64,000 bases of DNA, from the NCBI GenBank assembly GCA_965208535.1, contig CBDBOU010000002.1:2179701-2243700 (forward strand). Reading direction: 5' to 3'. This DNA is from Vicinamibacterales bacterium (lineage in GTDB: Bacteria; Acidobacteriota; Vicinamibacteria; Vicinamibacterales; UBA8438). Positions 53,903 to 64,000 of this stretch are shown here, in pieces. Position 1 is the stretch's first letter, and each line of letters opens with the position of its first letter. The position numbers were made by a program, and so were the translations under genes. The notes under the pieces were generated by a model. That model ran no database searches. It saw only the letters and a program-made list of their open reading frames with translations, and was not told the DNA's origin.

Positions 53903-54579
53903 GCGCTCCCGACGTCATCGCGATCGACGGGCCGTCGGGCGCGGGCAAGGGCACGGTGGCCCGCGCCGTGGCGAAGGCGCTCGATTGCCGCCATGTCGAC
54001 ACCGGGGCGATGTACCGGGCCGTCGCGTGGCGGGCCATGCAGACGGGCCGCGCGCTCGACGACGAGCCGGCGATGGCGGCGGTGGCCTCCGGCGCGGTCT
54101 TCACGCTGGACGGGAAACGCATCGCGATCGACGGCGAGGACGTCAGCCTGGCGATCCGGACGCCCGAGATGGACGTCGCGGCGGCCGCCGTGGCCAGGCT
54201 GCCGCGGGTGCGCGCCGCGCTGGTCGCCCGCCAGCGCGACCTTGCCGGCGCGGGCAGCGTCGTGATGGAGGGGCGCGACATAGGCACCGCCGTTTTTCCC
54301 GACGCGCCGGTGAAGATCTACCTCGACGCTTCACCGGAGGAGCGGGCGGCCCGGCGCGCACGGGACCCCGCGCACCGCCTGCCGCGGGGAGCGGGTCTGG
54401 CCGACGTGGCCCGGGCTCTGAAGGCGCGCGACCGATCGGATCGGACCCGGCGCGCCTCGCCGCTCGAGCAGGCGCCGGACGCAGTGCGGATCGACACGAC
54501 CGGGCTGTCGATAGACGTCGTCGTGCAACGCGTGATGGAGGTGATCCGCGACCGCCGAGGCGGGCCCTCGCGGAGTTGA
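53899..54579 (+). CDS. cmk: Cytidylate kinase
   Basis: IAIDGPSGAGKGTVARAVA, HVDTGAMYR and VMEGRDIGT. Confidence 0.9.
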   Translation: MSAPDVIAIDGPSGAGKGTVARAVAKALDCRHVDTGAMYRAVAWRAMQTGRALDDEPAMAAVASGAVFTLDGKRIAIDGEDVSLAIRTPEMDVAAAAVARLPRVRAALVARQRDLAGAGSVVMEGRDIGTAVFPDAPVKIYLDASPEERAARRARDPAHRLPRGAGLADVARALKARDRSDRTRRASPLEQAPDAVRIDTTGLSIDVVVQRVMEVIRDRRGGPSRS

Positions 54580-54708
54580 CGCGCTTTCGGTAACTATCGT
54601 ACAGTCTGTCGCTTACAGCGCATCAGGGGACCCTCCCAACGGGCGGCCGGCAGCCGGGATGGCGCTCGGTCGCCGCGGGAGACGGATCGGGAAGAAGGAA
54701 AGGACAGG

Positions 54709-56493
54709 ATGATAGACGCACCAGATGGCGCGGCCCCCGTCGAGGCCGCCGGCGCAGGCGAGAACCCCCCGGCCGCGCCGAAGCCTCCCGAGCCTCCACG
54801 TTTCGTGGATCCGGACGAGGAAACGGTCGACCCCGAAGAGCATGCCCGCCTCGTCGCCCTCTACGAGAGCAGCCTGAAGAACATCGCCGAGGGAGAGGTC
54901 ATCAAGGGCACCGTGCTCAAGGTGTCCGAATCCGAGGTGATCGTCGACGTCGGCTACAAGTCGGAGGGCCTCATCCCGTTGTCGGAGTTCTACGACGAGA
55001 ACGGCGAGCCTATGGTCCAGCCCGGCGACACGGTCGACGTGCTGCTCGAGCGGACCGAGGATCGTGACGGCCACATCGTGCTCTCGCGCGAGAAGGCCGA
55101 GAAGATGAAGATCTGGGACGAGGTCGAGAAGGCCTACGCCGAGCGGAAGGTCGTCATCGGGCGCGTCATCGAGCGGATCAAGGGCGGCCTCGCGGTGGAC
55201 ATCGGCGTGCGCGCGTTCCTGCCCGGCTCGCAGATCGACGTGCGCCCCGTCCGCAACCTCGATTCGCTGCGCGGCCAGGAACTGCGCATGCGCGTCATCA
55301 AGGTGAACAAGAAGCGGGGCAACATCGTGCTGTCGCGCAAGGTGCTCATCGAAGAAGAGAACGCGGAGAAGAAGAAGGACACGCTCGCGACTCTGGCCGA
55401 GGGCAAGGTCATGCAGGGCGTGGTGAAGAACATCACCGACTACGGCGCCTTCATCGACCTCGGCGGCATCGACGGGCTGCTGCACGTCACCGACATGTCG
55501 TGGGGGCGGGCGCAGCACCCGTCCGAGATCTTCAACGTGAACGACGAGGTCGAGGTCATCGTCCTGAAGTTCGACCCGGCGACCGAGCGCGTCTCGCTCG
55601 GCTACAAGCAGCTCCATGCCGACCCGTGGACCTCGGCGGCGGACCGGTATCCGGTCGGGCAACGCCTGCAGGGCAAGGTGGTCAGCCTCACCGACTACGG
55701 CGCCTTCGTCGAGCTCGAGCCGGGCGTCGAGGGACTCATCCACGTGTCGGAGATGTCCTGGAGCAAACGCGTCAAGCACCCGTCGAAGCTCCTCAACGTG
55801 GGCGACATGGTCGAGTCGATGGTCCTCGGGGTCGACCCGAACGCGCGCCGGATCGCGCTCGGGCTGAAGCAGATCGAGAGCAACCCGTGGCAGCAGCTCG
55901 GCGAGAAGTACCCCGTCGGGGCGAAGATCACCGGCACGGTCCGCAACCTGACCGAGTTCGGCGCCTTCGTCGAGGTCGAGGAGGGCATCGACGGGCTGAT
56001 TCACATCTCCGACATGTCGTGGAGCAAGCGGCTGAAGCACCCCTCCGACGTCATCAAGAAGGGTGACGAGGTCGAGGCCATGGTGCTCAACATAGATCCC
56101 GAGAACCAGCGGCTATCGCTCGGCCTCAAGCAGCTCGCGACGGATATCTGGGACGACTTCTTCTCCACGACGAAAGTGGGCGACGTCGTCGAGGGCAAGG
56201 TGGTCCGGATCACCAGCTTCGGCGCGTTCGTGGAGCTGGCCGAGGGCATCGAGGGGTTGATTCACGTCTCCGAGTTCGAGGATCAGGGCCGCGGCGACAA
56301 GGCCGAGCTGAAGGTCGACGAGACGATCCAGATGCGCGTCATCAAGTTGAGCCCCGCCGAGCGGAAGATCGGGCTCAGCGTGCGTGCGCTGGCGAACGAG
56401 AACTTCGAGGCCGACTGGCGCAGCTACGCCAGCAGCGAGTCGCCCGAGGTGACGCTGGGGGATCACTTCAAGCAGCAGACGTCGTCCGATTAG
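54709..56493 (+). CDS. rpsA: 30S ribosomal protein S1
   Basis: Six S1 repeats of the type G..V.G.V..I..FGAFV.L..G..GL.H.SE. Confidence 0.93.
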   Translation: MIDAPDGAAPVEAAGAGENPPAAPKPPEPPRFVDPDEETVDPEEHARLVALYESSLKNIAEGEVIKGTVLKVSESEVIVDVGYKSEGLIPLSEFYDENGEPMVQPGDTVDVLLERTEDRDGHIVLSREKAEKMKIWDEVEKAYAERKVVIGRVIERIKGGLAVDIGVRAFLPGSQIDVRPVRNLDSLRGQELRMRVIKVNKKRGNIVLSRKVLIEEENAEKKKDTLATLAEGKVMQGVVKNITDYGAFIDLGGIDGLLHVTDMSWGRAQHPSEIFNVNDEVEVIVLKFDPATERVSLGYKQLHADPWTSAADRYPVGQRLQGKVVSLTDYGAFVELEPGVEGLIHVSEMSWSKRVKHPSKLLNVGDMVESMVLGVDPNARRIALGLKQIESNPWQQLGEKYPVGAKITGTVRNLTEFGAFVEVEEGIDGLIHISDMSWSKRLKHPSDVIKKGDEVEAMVLNIDPENQRLSLGLKQLATDIWDDFFSTTKVGDVVEGKVVRITSFGAFVELAEGIEGLIHVSEFEDQGRGDKAELKVDETIQMRVIKLSPAERKIGLSVRALANENFEADWRSYASSESPEVTLGDHFKQQTSSD

Positions 56494-56539
56494 GAGCTTG
56501 CGCCTCGGAACGCAGCGAAGCGAAGTGCCGAGGCGCAAG
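56493..56539. repeat. REP-like palindromic element, copy 1 (just after the rpsA stop)
   Basis: GGAGCTTGCGCCTCGG-loop-CCGAGGCGCAAG has a 12-bp stem. It shares GGAGCTTGCGCC..GGCGCAAG and loop similarity with copy 2. Confidence 0.6.
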
Positions 56540-56668
56540 GTCATGAAGCGGGGGGGATGGCCCGAAACGCCGAGCCAGCGAGGCGTTTCGGGGCGCTAGT
56601 CGGTGCCGTCCCACGCGGGCGGCCGCGGCGGCGTGCGCGGAATCGAGGAGGCGGTGGTCCGTGGCAGC

Positions 56669-57085
56669 ATGACCAAGGCAGTGCTGGTGGAGGAGGTGGC
56701 CAGGGTCACCGACCTCACCAAGAAGGACGCCGAGGTCATCGTCGATACCGTGTTCCGCTGCATCGTCGACGGGCTGCACCGCGGCGAGAAGATAGAGTTG
56801 CGCGGTTTCGGCAGCTTTCGGCTGCGGCAGCGGGAGTCCCGCAAGGGGCGCAATCCGAAGACCGGAGACCGGGTGGACGTGCCGTCCAAGCGGGTCCCCT
56901 ACTTCAAGCCCGGCAAGGACCTCAAGGAACGGATCAACCGGGGCCCGGACGAGTCCCGGCAGCCGGCGGCGGCGAAGCTCCCGGCGGGGGCGACCGCCGC
57001 GGGGCGGGACCCGGTGACGTCCGGCCGGCGGCACGTCCCGGCGGGAGGGCCCCGGGGGCGTACCGCCGTGCCGCTGCGGAGCTGA
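56669..57085 (+). CDS. HU/IHF-family DNA-binding protein with Pro/Ala/Arg-rich C-terminal tail
   Basis: MTKAVLVEEVARVTDLTKKDAEVIVDTVF..RGFGSFRLRQRESRKGRNPKTGDRVDVPSKRVPYFKPGK. Confidence 0.88.
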   Translation: MTKAVLVEEVARVTDLTKKDAEVIVDTVFRCIVDGLHRGEKIELRGFGSFRLRQRESRKGRNPKTGDRVDVPSKRVPYFKPGKDLKERINRGPDESRQPAAAKLPAGATAAGRDPVTSGRRHVPAGGPRGRTAVPLRS

Positions 57086-57091
57086 CGGCCA

Positions 57092-57141
57092 GGAGCTTGC
57101 GCCGTAGAGCGCAACGGAGTGAGTTCTAAGGCGCAAGCTCC
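57092..57141. repeat. REP-like palindromic element, copy 2 (just after the IHF/HU stop)
   Basis: GGAGCTTGCGCC-26 nt-GGCGCAAGCTCC has a 12-bp stem. Confidence 0.6.
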
Positions 57142-57147
57142 TGGGCG

Positions 57148-57726
57148 GTGGGGGATGGGGCCGAACACGGAGCCCTGCGACGGGTTTGGCGGCGCGCGGC
57201 GCGCGTCGGCGGGAATGCCTGCAAGGTGGAGCGACTCTGGGCCCCGTGGAGACTGGAGTACGTGACCGGCGCGGCGCGCGGTGAGGCTCCCGCCTGCGTC
57301 TTCTGTGCGGCGCTCGATCCGGCGAGCCCGTCGCCGCACGTGGTGTTTCGCGGCGAGCGGGTCTTCGTCATTCTCAACAAGTACCCGTACAACAACGGGC
57401 ATCTGATGGTCGTCCCGATGCGGCATGTGGCGCGGCTGGCGGAAGCGTCGGCGGAGGAGCTGCGCGAGTTGATCACGCTCATGCAGGTCGCCGAGACGGC
57501 GCTGACCGAGAGCTACGGGGCGCACGGCATCAACGTCGGCATGAACCTCGGGCGGCCCGCGGGGGCCGGCGTGGTCGGACACCTGCACGTGCACCTCGTT
57601 CCGCGCTGGGACGGGGACACGAACTTCATGACCGTGGTCGGCGATACGCGTGTCGTTCCCGAGCAGCCCGAGGCGAGCGTGGCCCGCCTGCAGCCGGTCT
57701 TCGAACGGCTCGCGACGGGCTCCTGA
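57148..57726 (+). CDS. HIT-family (Ap4A phosphorylase/GalT-like) nucleotide hydrolase/transferase
   Basis: WAPWRLEYV, VFVILNKYPYNNGHLMVVP and the histidine triad HLHVHLVPR. The true start is probably internal, about 57225. Confidence 0.8.
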   Translation: MGDGAEHGALRRVWRRAARVGGNACKVERLWAPWRLEYVTGAARGEAPACVFCAALDPASPSPHVVFRGERVFVILNKYPYNNGHLMVVPMRHVARLAEASAEELRELITLMQVAETALTESYGAHGINVGMNLGRPAGAGVVGHLHVHLVPRWDGDTNFMTVVGDTRVVPEQPEASVARLQPVFERLATGS

Positions 57727-57785
57727 GAGTCTGCGCCGCAGACCAGCGGGCGGACGACGCCGGGTGCGCGACAGGCCGCAAGCGA

Positions 57786-58931
57786 ATGCAACTCGAGCTC
57801 ACTGCCGAGCAGAGCCGGTTCCGGAAGGCCGTCCGCGACTTCGCGGCAACCACGGTAGCCCCGCGGGCCGCGGAGATCGACGCGTCCGATCGATTTCCCC
57901 AGGATCTGGTTTCCGCGGCGGCCGCCCACGGGCTGCTGGGAGTCACCGTGCCGGAGGCTGCGGGAGGCGCCGGCCGCGACTACGTCAGCTACGCGCTGGC
58001 GGTCGAGGAAGTCGCTGCCGCCAGTGCGACGCTGGGGGCCGTCCTGGTTGTCAACAACTCGCTCGTGGCCGAGGTGGTGCACCGCTTCGGCACGGAGGGG
58101 CAGAAGGACGCGTGGCTGGCGCAACTCGCATCCGGCCGCGCCGTCGGCGCCTTCGCCCTGTCGGAGGCGCAGGCGGGGACCGATGCCGCCCGACAGGAGA
58201 CGACCGCGACGGCGCACGGCGAGGGGTACGTGCTGCGGGGACGCAAGGTGTGGGTGGCCAACGGCGCGGCGGCCGACGTCGCGGTGATCTTCGCGGCTAC
58301 CGGGACCGCCGCCGGCGGGCGCGGCGTGAGCGCGTTCCTCGTGCCGCTGGACGGACCGGGACTGACACGCGAGGCGACGGACGACCCGCTCGGCGTGCGC
58401 GGCCTCGGCTGCGTCGATCTGCGGCTCGACAACGTCGCGGTGCCCGCGGGGGCGTTGCTGGGTGGCCCCGGCCGGGGATTCGACGTCGCGAAGTGGGCGC
58501 TGGACGGCGCCCGGATCGCCATCGGGGCCGAGGGGCTCGGCGTCGGACGGGCGGCGTTCGAGGTGGCGCTGCGGCACGCCCGCACCCGGGAGACGTTCGG
58601 TCATCCCATCGGGGAGTATCAGGCGATCCAGTGGCAGATCGCCGACATCGCCACCGAGCTGGACGCGGCACGGATGCTGGTTCTGCGCGCGGCGGCGGCG
58701 AAGGACGTGCGCGAGCGCGTCACGCTGGAAGCCTCCATGGCGAAGCTCGCCGCCTCGGAGGCGGCGCAGCGCGCGGCGGATCGGGCGCTGCGGATTCTCG
58801 CCTCGGCCGGCTACCGGCGGGGAACGACGGCGGAGCGGCTGTTGCGCGACGCGCGGGCCCTGGAGATAGTGGCGGGCACGTCCGAGGCGCAACGGATGAT
58901 CATCGCCGCGCAGGTGGCGGCCGGCGCTTGA
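57786..58931 (+). CDS. Acyl-CoA dehydrogenase
   Basis: GAFALSEAQAGTDA, ARIAIGAEGLGV and EIVAGTSEAQRMII. Confidence 0.88.
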   Translation: MQLELTAEQSRFRKAVRDFAATTVAPRAAEIDASDRFPQDLVSAAAAHGLLGVTVPEAAGGAGRDYVSYALAVEEVAAASATLGAVLVVNNSLVAEVVHRFGTEGQKDAWLAQLASGRAVGAFALSEAQAGTDAARQETTATAHGEGYVLRGRKVWVANGAAADVAVIFAATGTAAGGRGVSAFLVPLDGPGLTREATDDPLGVRGLGCVDLRLDNVAVPAGALLGGPGRGFDVAKWALDGARIAIGAEGLGVGRAAFEVALRHARTRETFGHPIGEYQAIQWQIADIATELDAARMLVLRAAAAKDVRERVTLEASMAKLAASEAAQRAADRALRILASAGYRRGTTAERLLRDARALEIVAGTSEAQRMIIAAQVAAGA

Positions 58932-59049
58932 CGAGATGGTCGTCCGACCCGGGCGGGCAAGGGGGCTCGTGTCGGGTGGGGTGGACGGTTTCCGGCGGCG
59001 GTCGCCCGAGCGCCGCATGTCCTTCCAGCCGCGGCGGCCGTCCGGCGGA

Positions 59050-60240
<1,191 letters not shown>

Positions 60241-60288
60241 GCGGCGCGATGGTATCATTGGACGACGCGCCAGCCTGCGAGGACACCT

Positions 60289-62421
60289 ATGAATACACGC
60301 TGGATCGCCGCCTGCCTGACCGCCGGGCTGTTGCTGATGGTGTCCGGGTACGCCGCACCGCAGCGCCGACCCGCCGACCCGCCGCAGTCCGAGCCGGGCG
60401 AGACGCAGCAGACCGCCGCCGGTGAGTCCGTTGAGCTGCAGGGCGGAGTCACCGTCTTTCGCAGCGGTATCAACTACGTCCGCGTCGACGCCTTCGTGAC
60501 CGACGACGACGGCAACCCGGTGTTCGACCTCACGCAGGACGACTTCGAGGTGTACGAGGACGGCGTCCTGCAGACCGTGGACTCGTTCCAGGTGGTCCAG
60601 GTCGACCCGACCCCCCAGCTCTCGGGCGAGCCGGTGACCGGCGTCGGGGTCACGCGCTCGGACCAGCAACTGGCCGCGTCGCGGCCGGACATCCGGGTGT
60701 TCGTGATCTTCCTCGACGACTACCACGTGCGGGAGGGCAACAGCATCCGGGCCGGGCGCATGCTTATCGACTTCATCGAGAACGACCTGATCCCGACCGA
60801 TCTGGTCGGCGTGATGTACCCCCTGATGCCGGTGACGGAGGTGCTCCTCACCCGCAATCACGAGGCGGTGATCAATGCCATCCGGCAGTTCCGGGGGGTC
60901 AAGTACGACTACGACGTGCGCAACCTCTACGAGGCGCGCTACAACATGTACCCCACGGAGATCGTCGAGCGGGTCCGCAACGAGGTGTCGCTGTCGGCCT
61001 TGCGCGGGCTGATGACGATGCTGGGCGGGCTCCGCGAGGGGCGCAAGTCCGTGCTGCTGGTGAGCGAGGGCTACACGAACTACGTGCCCCCGCAGATGCG
61101 GAGCCAGGTCGCCGACCTGCGGGCGGACCCGGCCATCAACCCGGCCGTGCTCGATCCGTTCGCGGGCGACACGCCCTTCGAGGAGACGATGTCGTTCTTC
61201 CAGGGGAGCGAGATTCTGTCCGACATGCGGCGCATCATCGAGACCGCGAGCCGCTTCAACGCCTCGATCTACTCCGTGGACCCGCGCGGGCTCGCCGCCT
61301 TCGAGTTCGACATGGACCAGCCGCAGATCAGCTTTCGCACCGATCAGCGGGCGCTGCGCTTCACCCAGAACACGCTCCGGATTCTGGCCGACGAGACCGG
61401 CGGGCGGGCGATTGTCAACCAGAACGACCTGGGTCCCGGCCTGCAGCAGATGCTGGACGATGCCAGCGGCTACTACCTGCTCGGCTACAACTCGACCGCC
61501 GCGCCGACCGACGGGGAGTTCCACGAGATCGAGGTCCGCCTGAAGCGCCCGGGCCTGCGCGTGCGCGCCCGCGAGGGGTACTGGGCGGTCACCGTGCGCG
61601 ACGTCGAGCGGTCGCTCACGACCCGGGCCCACGAGCCTCCCAAGGCGGTCGACGTCGCGCTGTCGGCGCTGGCCGAGCCGCGCCGCGGCCGGCTCGTGCG
61701 GACCTGGGTGGGCACCTCTCGCGCGGAGAACGGCCGGACCGAGGTGACCTTCGTGTGGGAGCCGACCGAGGAGCGCGGGCGTCGCGATTCCGCATCGCGG
61801 GTTCTCGTGACCGCCATGGGGGACACCGGCGGCGCCTATTTTCGCGGCCGCGTGCCGGAGCAGGCGCGCTCGCCCGGGCGCCGCTCGAGCCGCCGCCGGA
61901 GCCGGAGGGCGGCCCCCGCGCCGCCGCCGGTCACGCGCGTGGTGTTCGAGGCCGACCCGGGCACCATGCAGATGAACCTGGCCATCGAGGGCGAGGCCGG
62001 AGAAGTGCTCGACCGGGACCGCGACGAGATCGTCGTTCCGGACTTCACGGCCCCGGAGCTCGTCCTGAGCACACCCTACTTCGTGCGCGCGCGCAACGCG
62101 CTGGAGTTCAACGCACTCGTTTCCGACTGGGACGCGCAGCCCACCGTAGCGCGTAACTTCCGTCGCACCGATCGCCTGTTGCTGCGGTTCGATGTGTATG
62201 CCCCGGGCGACGCGGCGGCGGATCTGGAGGCCAACCTGCTGAACCGCGGCGGCGACACGATGTTTCCTCTCGACGTCACCACGTCCGACGACGGAGGCGT
62301 CTCTCGCCAGGTGGAGCTGGCGCCGTCGTTCCTGCCGCCCGGCGAGTACATCATCGAGATCCGGGCGACGCTGGGTGACGGCGAAGCGAGCGAGATGGTC
62401 GCGTTTCGCCTCGGTGCGTGA
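60289..62421 (+). CDS. VWA-domain protein of the Acidobacterial VWFA-related type, with signal peptide
   Basis: The ATG at 60289 is in frame with track ORF 58936..62421. The N-terminus is [20 protein letters not shown]. Further blocks are [45 protein letters not shown] and [10 protein letters not shown]. Confidence 0.8.
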   Translation: MNTRWIAACLTAGLLLMVSGYAAPQRRPADPPQSEPGETQQTAAGESVELQGGVTVFRSGINYVRVDAFVTDDDGNPVFDLTQDDFEVYEDGVLQTVDSFQVVQVDPTPQLSGEPVTGVGVTRSDQQLAASRPDIRVFVIFLDDYHVREGNSIRAGRMLIDFIENDLIPTDLVGVMYPLMPVTEVLLTRNHEAVINAIRQFRGVKYDYDVRNLYEARYNMYPTEIVERVRNEVSLSALRGLMTMLGGLREGRKSVLLVSEGYTNYVPPQMRSQVADLRADPAINPAVLDPFAGDTPFEETMSFFQGSEILSDMRRIIETASRFNASIYSVDPRGLAAFEFDMDQPQISFRTDQRALRFTQNTLRILADETGGRAIVNQNDLGPGLQQMLDDASGYYLLGYNSTAAPTDGEFHEIEVRLKRPGLRVRAREGYWAVTVRDVERSLTTRAHEPPKAVDVALSALAEPRRGRLVRTWVGTSRAENGRTEVTFVWEPTEERGRRDSASRVLVTAMGDTGGAYFRGRVPEQARSPGRRSSRRRSRRAAPAPPPVTRVVFEADPGTMQMNLAIEGEAGEVLDRDRDEIVVPDFTAPELVLSTPYFVRARNALEFNALVSDWDAQPTVARNFRRTDRLLLRFDVYAPGDAAADLEANLLNRGGDTMFPLDVTTSDDGGVSRQVELAPSFLPPGEYIIEIRATLGDGEASEMVAFRLGA

Positions 62422-62429
62422 CCCGTTCC

Positions 62430-64000
62430 ATGTCCGTGGCGAGAACATCGGCGGCCCCCGGAACCGATGCGGGCACGGCGGTCCCCGGTCCGTCGGCAAC
62501 GGCGGTCCCCGGCCCGTCGGAAGAGGTGCGCCCGACGCATGACACGGCGGATCTCGCCGGCCTCGACTACGCCCGGGATCTGAACGATCCCGGCGGGTAT
62601 CCCTACACCCGGGGCATTCACGCGTCCGGCTATGGCGGCAAGCTGTGGACGATGCGTCAGTTCTCCGGCTTCGGAACGCCGGAAGAGACGAACCGGCGCT
62701 ACCGGGAGTTGCTGGCGGCCGGCGGCACGGGTCTGAGCGTCGCCTTCGATCTGCCTACGCTGATGGGACGCGATCCGGACGACCCGCTGTCGCAGGGGGA
62801 GGTGGGCAAGTGCGGCGTCAACGTGGCGTCTCTCGCCGACATGGACCGGCTGCTCGACGGGATCGAGCTCGAGCGGGTGACCACCTCGATGACGATCAAC
62901 GCGCCGGCGGCGATGATCTTCGCGATGTACCTGGTCGTCGCCGAACGGCAGGGCGCCGACTGGGCGCGGCTCTCGGGCACGTTGCAGAACGACATCCTGA
63001 AGGAGTACATCGCCCAGAAGGAGTACATCTACCCGCCGCGGCCGTCGATGCGGCTCATCACCGACGTGTTCGCGTTCTGCGCCGATCACGTCCCGCGCTT
63101 CAATACGATTTCGGTCAGCGGCTACCACATCCGGGAGGCGGGTGCGACCGCGGTGCAGGAGCTGGCGTTCACGCTCCGGGACGGCATCGAGTACGTACAG
63201 TACGGCGTCGACGCCGGTCTCGAAGTCGACCGGTTCGTGCCCCGGATCTCGTTCTTCTTCAACGCCCACAACCGGTTCTTCGAGGAGATCGCCAAGTACC
63301 GCGCTGCCCGCAGGGTATGGGCGCACGTGATGCGCGAGCGCTTCGGCGCCACGGACGAGCGCTCGTTGAAGCTGCGTTTCCACGCCCAGACCGCCGGGGT
63401 CTCGCTCACTGCGCAGCAGCCGTACAACAACGTCGTGCGGACCGCCGTACAGGCGCTGGCCGCGGTGCTCGGGGGAGCGAACTCGCTGCACACGAACGCG
63501 CTGGACGAGGCGCTGGGGCTGCCCACGCGCGAGGCGGCGCTGCTGGCCCTGCGTACGCAGCAGGTGATAGCGCACGAGAGCAGCGTGACGGCGGCCGTGG
63601 ACCCGCTCGGCGGCTCGTACTTCCTCGAGACGCTGACCGGTGCGCTCGAGTCCGGTGCGCGCGACTACATCGACAAGATAGATGCGCTGGGCGGCATGGT
63701 GCCGGCCATCGAGGCGGGTTACCCGCAACGCGAGATCGCCAACAGCGCCTACAGCACGCAGCAGGCCATCGAGGCGGGTGAGCAGGCCGTGGTCGGCGTG
63801 AATCGGCACGTCGACGAGTCGCCGCCCGCGGTCGAGACCCTCTACATCGACGAGAGCGCCGCCGAGCGCCAGTCCGGGCATGTGTTCCGCACGAGGGAGT
63901 CGCGCGACCCGATGCGGGTCGAACGAACGCTCGACGTCCTGCGCCGCACCGCGGCGGACACCGGCAACCTGATGCCGCCGCTGATAGAGGCGGTCCGGGC
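62430..64000 (+). CDS. Methylmalonyl-CoA mutase family, catalytic (large/N-terminal) domain, partial at window edge
   Basis: An unterminated frame, not in the track. My translation gives [57 protein letters not shown], then [25 protein letters not shown] and LRFHAQTAG. Confidence 0.9.
   Translation, partial: MSVARTSAAPGTDAGTAVPGPSATAVPGPSEEVRPTHDTADLAGLDYARDLNDPGGYPYTRGIHASGYGGKLWTMRQFSGFGTPEETNRRYRELLAAGGTGLSVAFDLPTLMGRDPDDPLSQGEVGKCGVNVASLADMDRLLDGIELERVTTSMTINAPAAMIFAMYLVVAERQGADWARLSGTLQNDILKEYIAQKEYIYPPRPSMRLITDVFAFCADHVPRFNTISVSGYHIREAGATAVQELAFTLRDGIEYVQYGVDAGLEVDRFVPRISFFFNAHNRFFEEIAKYRAARRVWAHVMRERFGATDERSLKLRFHAQTAGVSLTAQQPYNNVVRTAVQALAAVLGGANSLHTNALDEALGLPTREAALLALRTQQVIAHESSVTAAVDPLGGSYFLETLTGALESGARDYIDKIDALGGMVPAIEAGYPQREIANSAYSTQQAIEAGEQAVVGVNRHVDESPPAVETLYIDESAAERQSGHVFRTRESRDPMRVERTLDVLRRTAADTGNLMPPLIEAVR

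Overview
This is a high-GC bacterial chromosome segment. GC was judged by eye and not computed. The organism is probably Acidobacteriota, based on a TonB-dependent receptor with a carboxypeptidase-regulatory-like N-terminus and a VWFA-related Acidobacterial-type protein. All family calls come from my own reading of the translated ORFs and motifs; no database search was run. Many long ORFs in the track are GC-driven shadow frames and are not reported.

Layout:
(1) 1-6.5 kb holds a TonB-dependent receptor (partial), an IS3-family element next to an IS21-like istA stump, and a Tat-signal amidohydrolase.
(2) 6.5-42 kb is an accessory island ending at tRNA-Thr(CGU). I found no integrase, no phage structural genes and no conjugation genes in it. 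Its contents, in coordinate order:
- a decayed Fic gene
- two RHH proteins with a repeated upstream motif
- a stand-alone retropepsin-like protease flanked by iteron-like repeats
- a decayed duplicate of the recD2 3' end flanking a divergent pair of HTH genes
- a run of 26 consecutive minus-strand genes (37.2 down to 12.4 kb), interrupted once by an IS1634-family element
That run contains a UvrD-like helicase, a macro domain, a DEDDh exonuclease, many small Cys-rich and unknown proteins, a translationally coupled ATP-grasp-like / PAPS-reductase-like pair, a tandem paralog pair, an atypical Hen1 / Cys-rich ORF / STAS-like::Pnkp RNA-repair cassette whose pnkp carries a frame-breaking lesion, a Uma2 nuclease and recD2. 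Plus-strand genes at 37.3-41.6 kb encode a ParB::Dam-like fusion with a degenerate catalytic motif, an exported HNH/DUF1524-like lipoprotein and an AlpA-like protein.
(3) 42.1-64 kb is housekeeping: uvrA, a 3-methyladenine glycosylase, efp, a CDP-alcohol phosphatidyltransferase, uvrC, trpS, scpA, scpB, a pseudouridine synthase, cmk, rpsA, IHF/HU, HIT, two acyl-CoA dehydrogenases, a VWA protein and a methylmalonyl-CoA mutase (partial).

The best candidates for an undescribed system are the expanded Hen1/Pnkp cassette, the 12-gene operon upstream of it (ATP-grasp plus PP-loop enzymes), and the helicase / macro / exonuclease operon.
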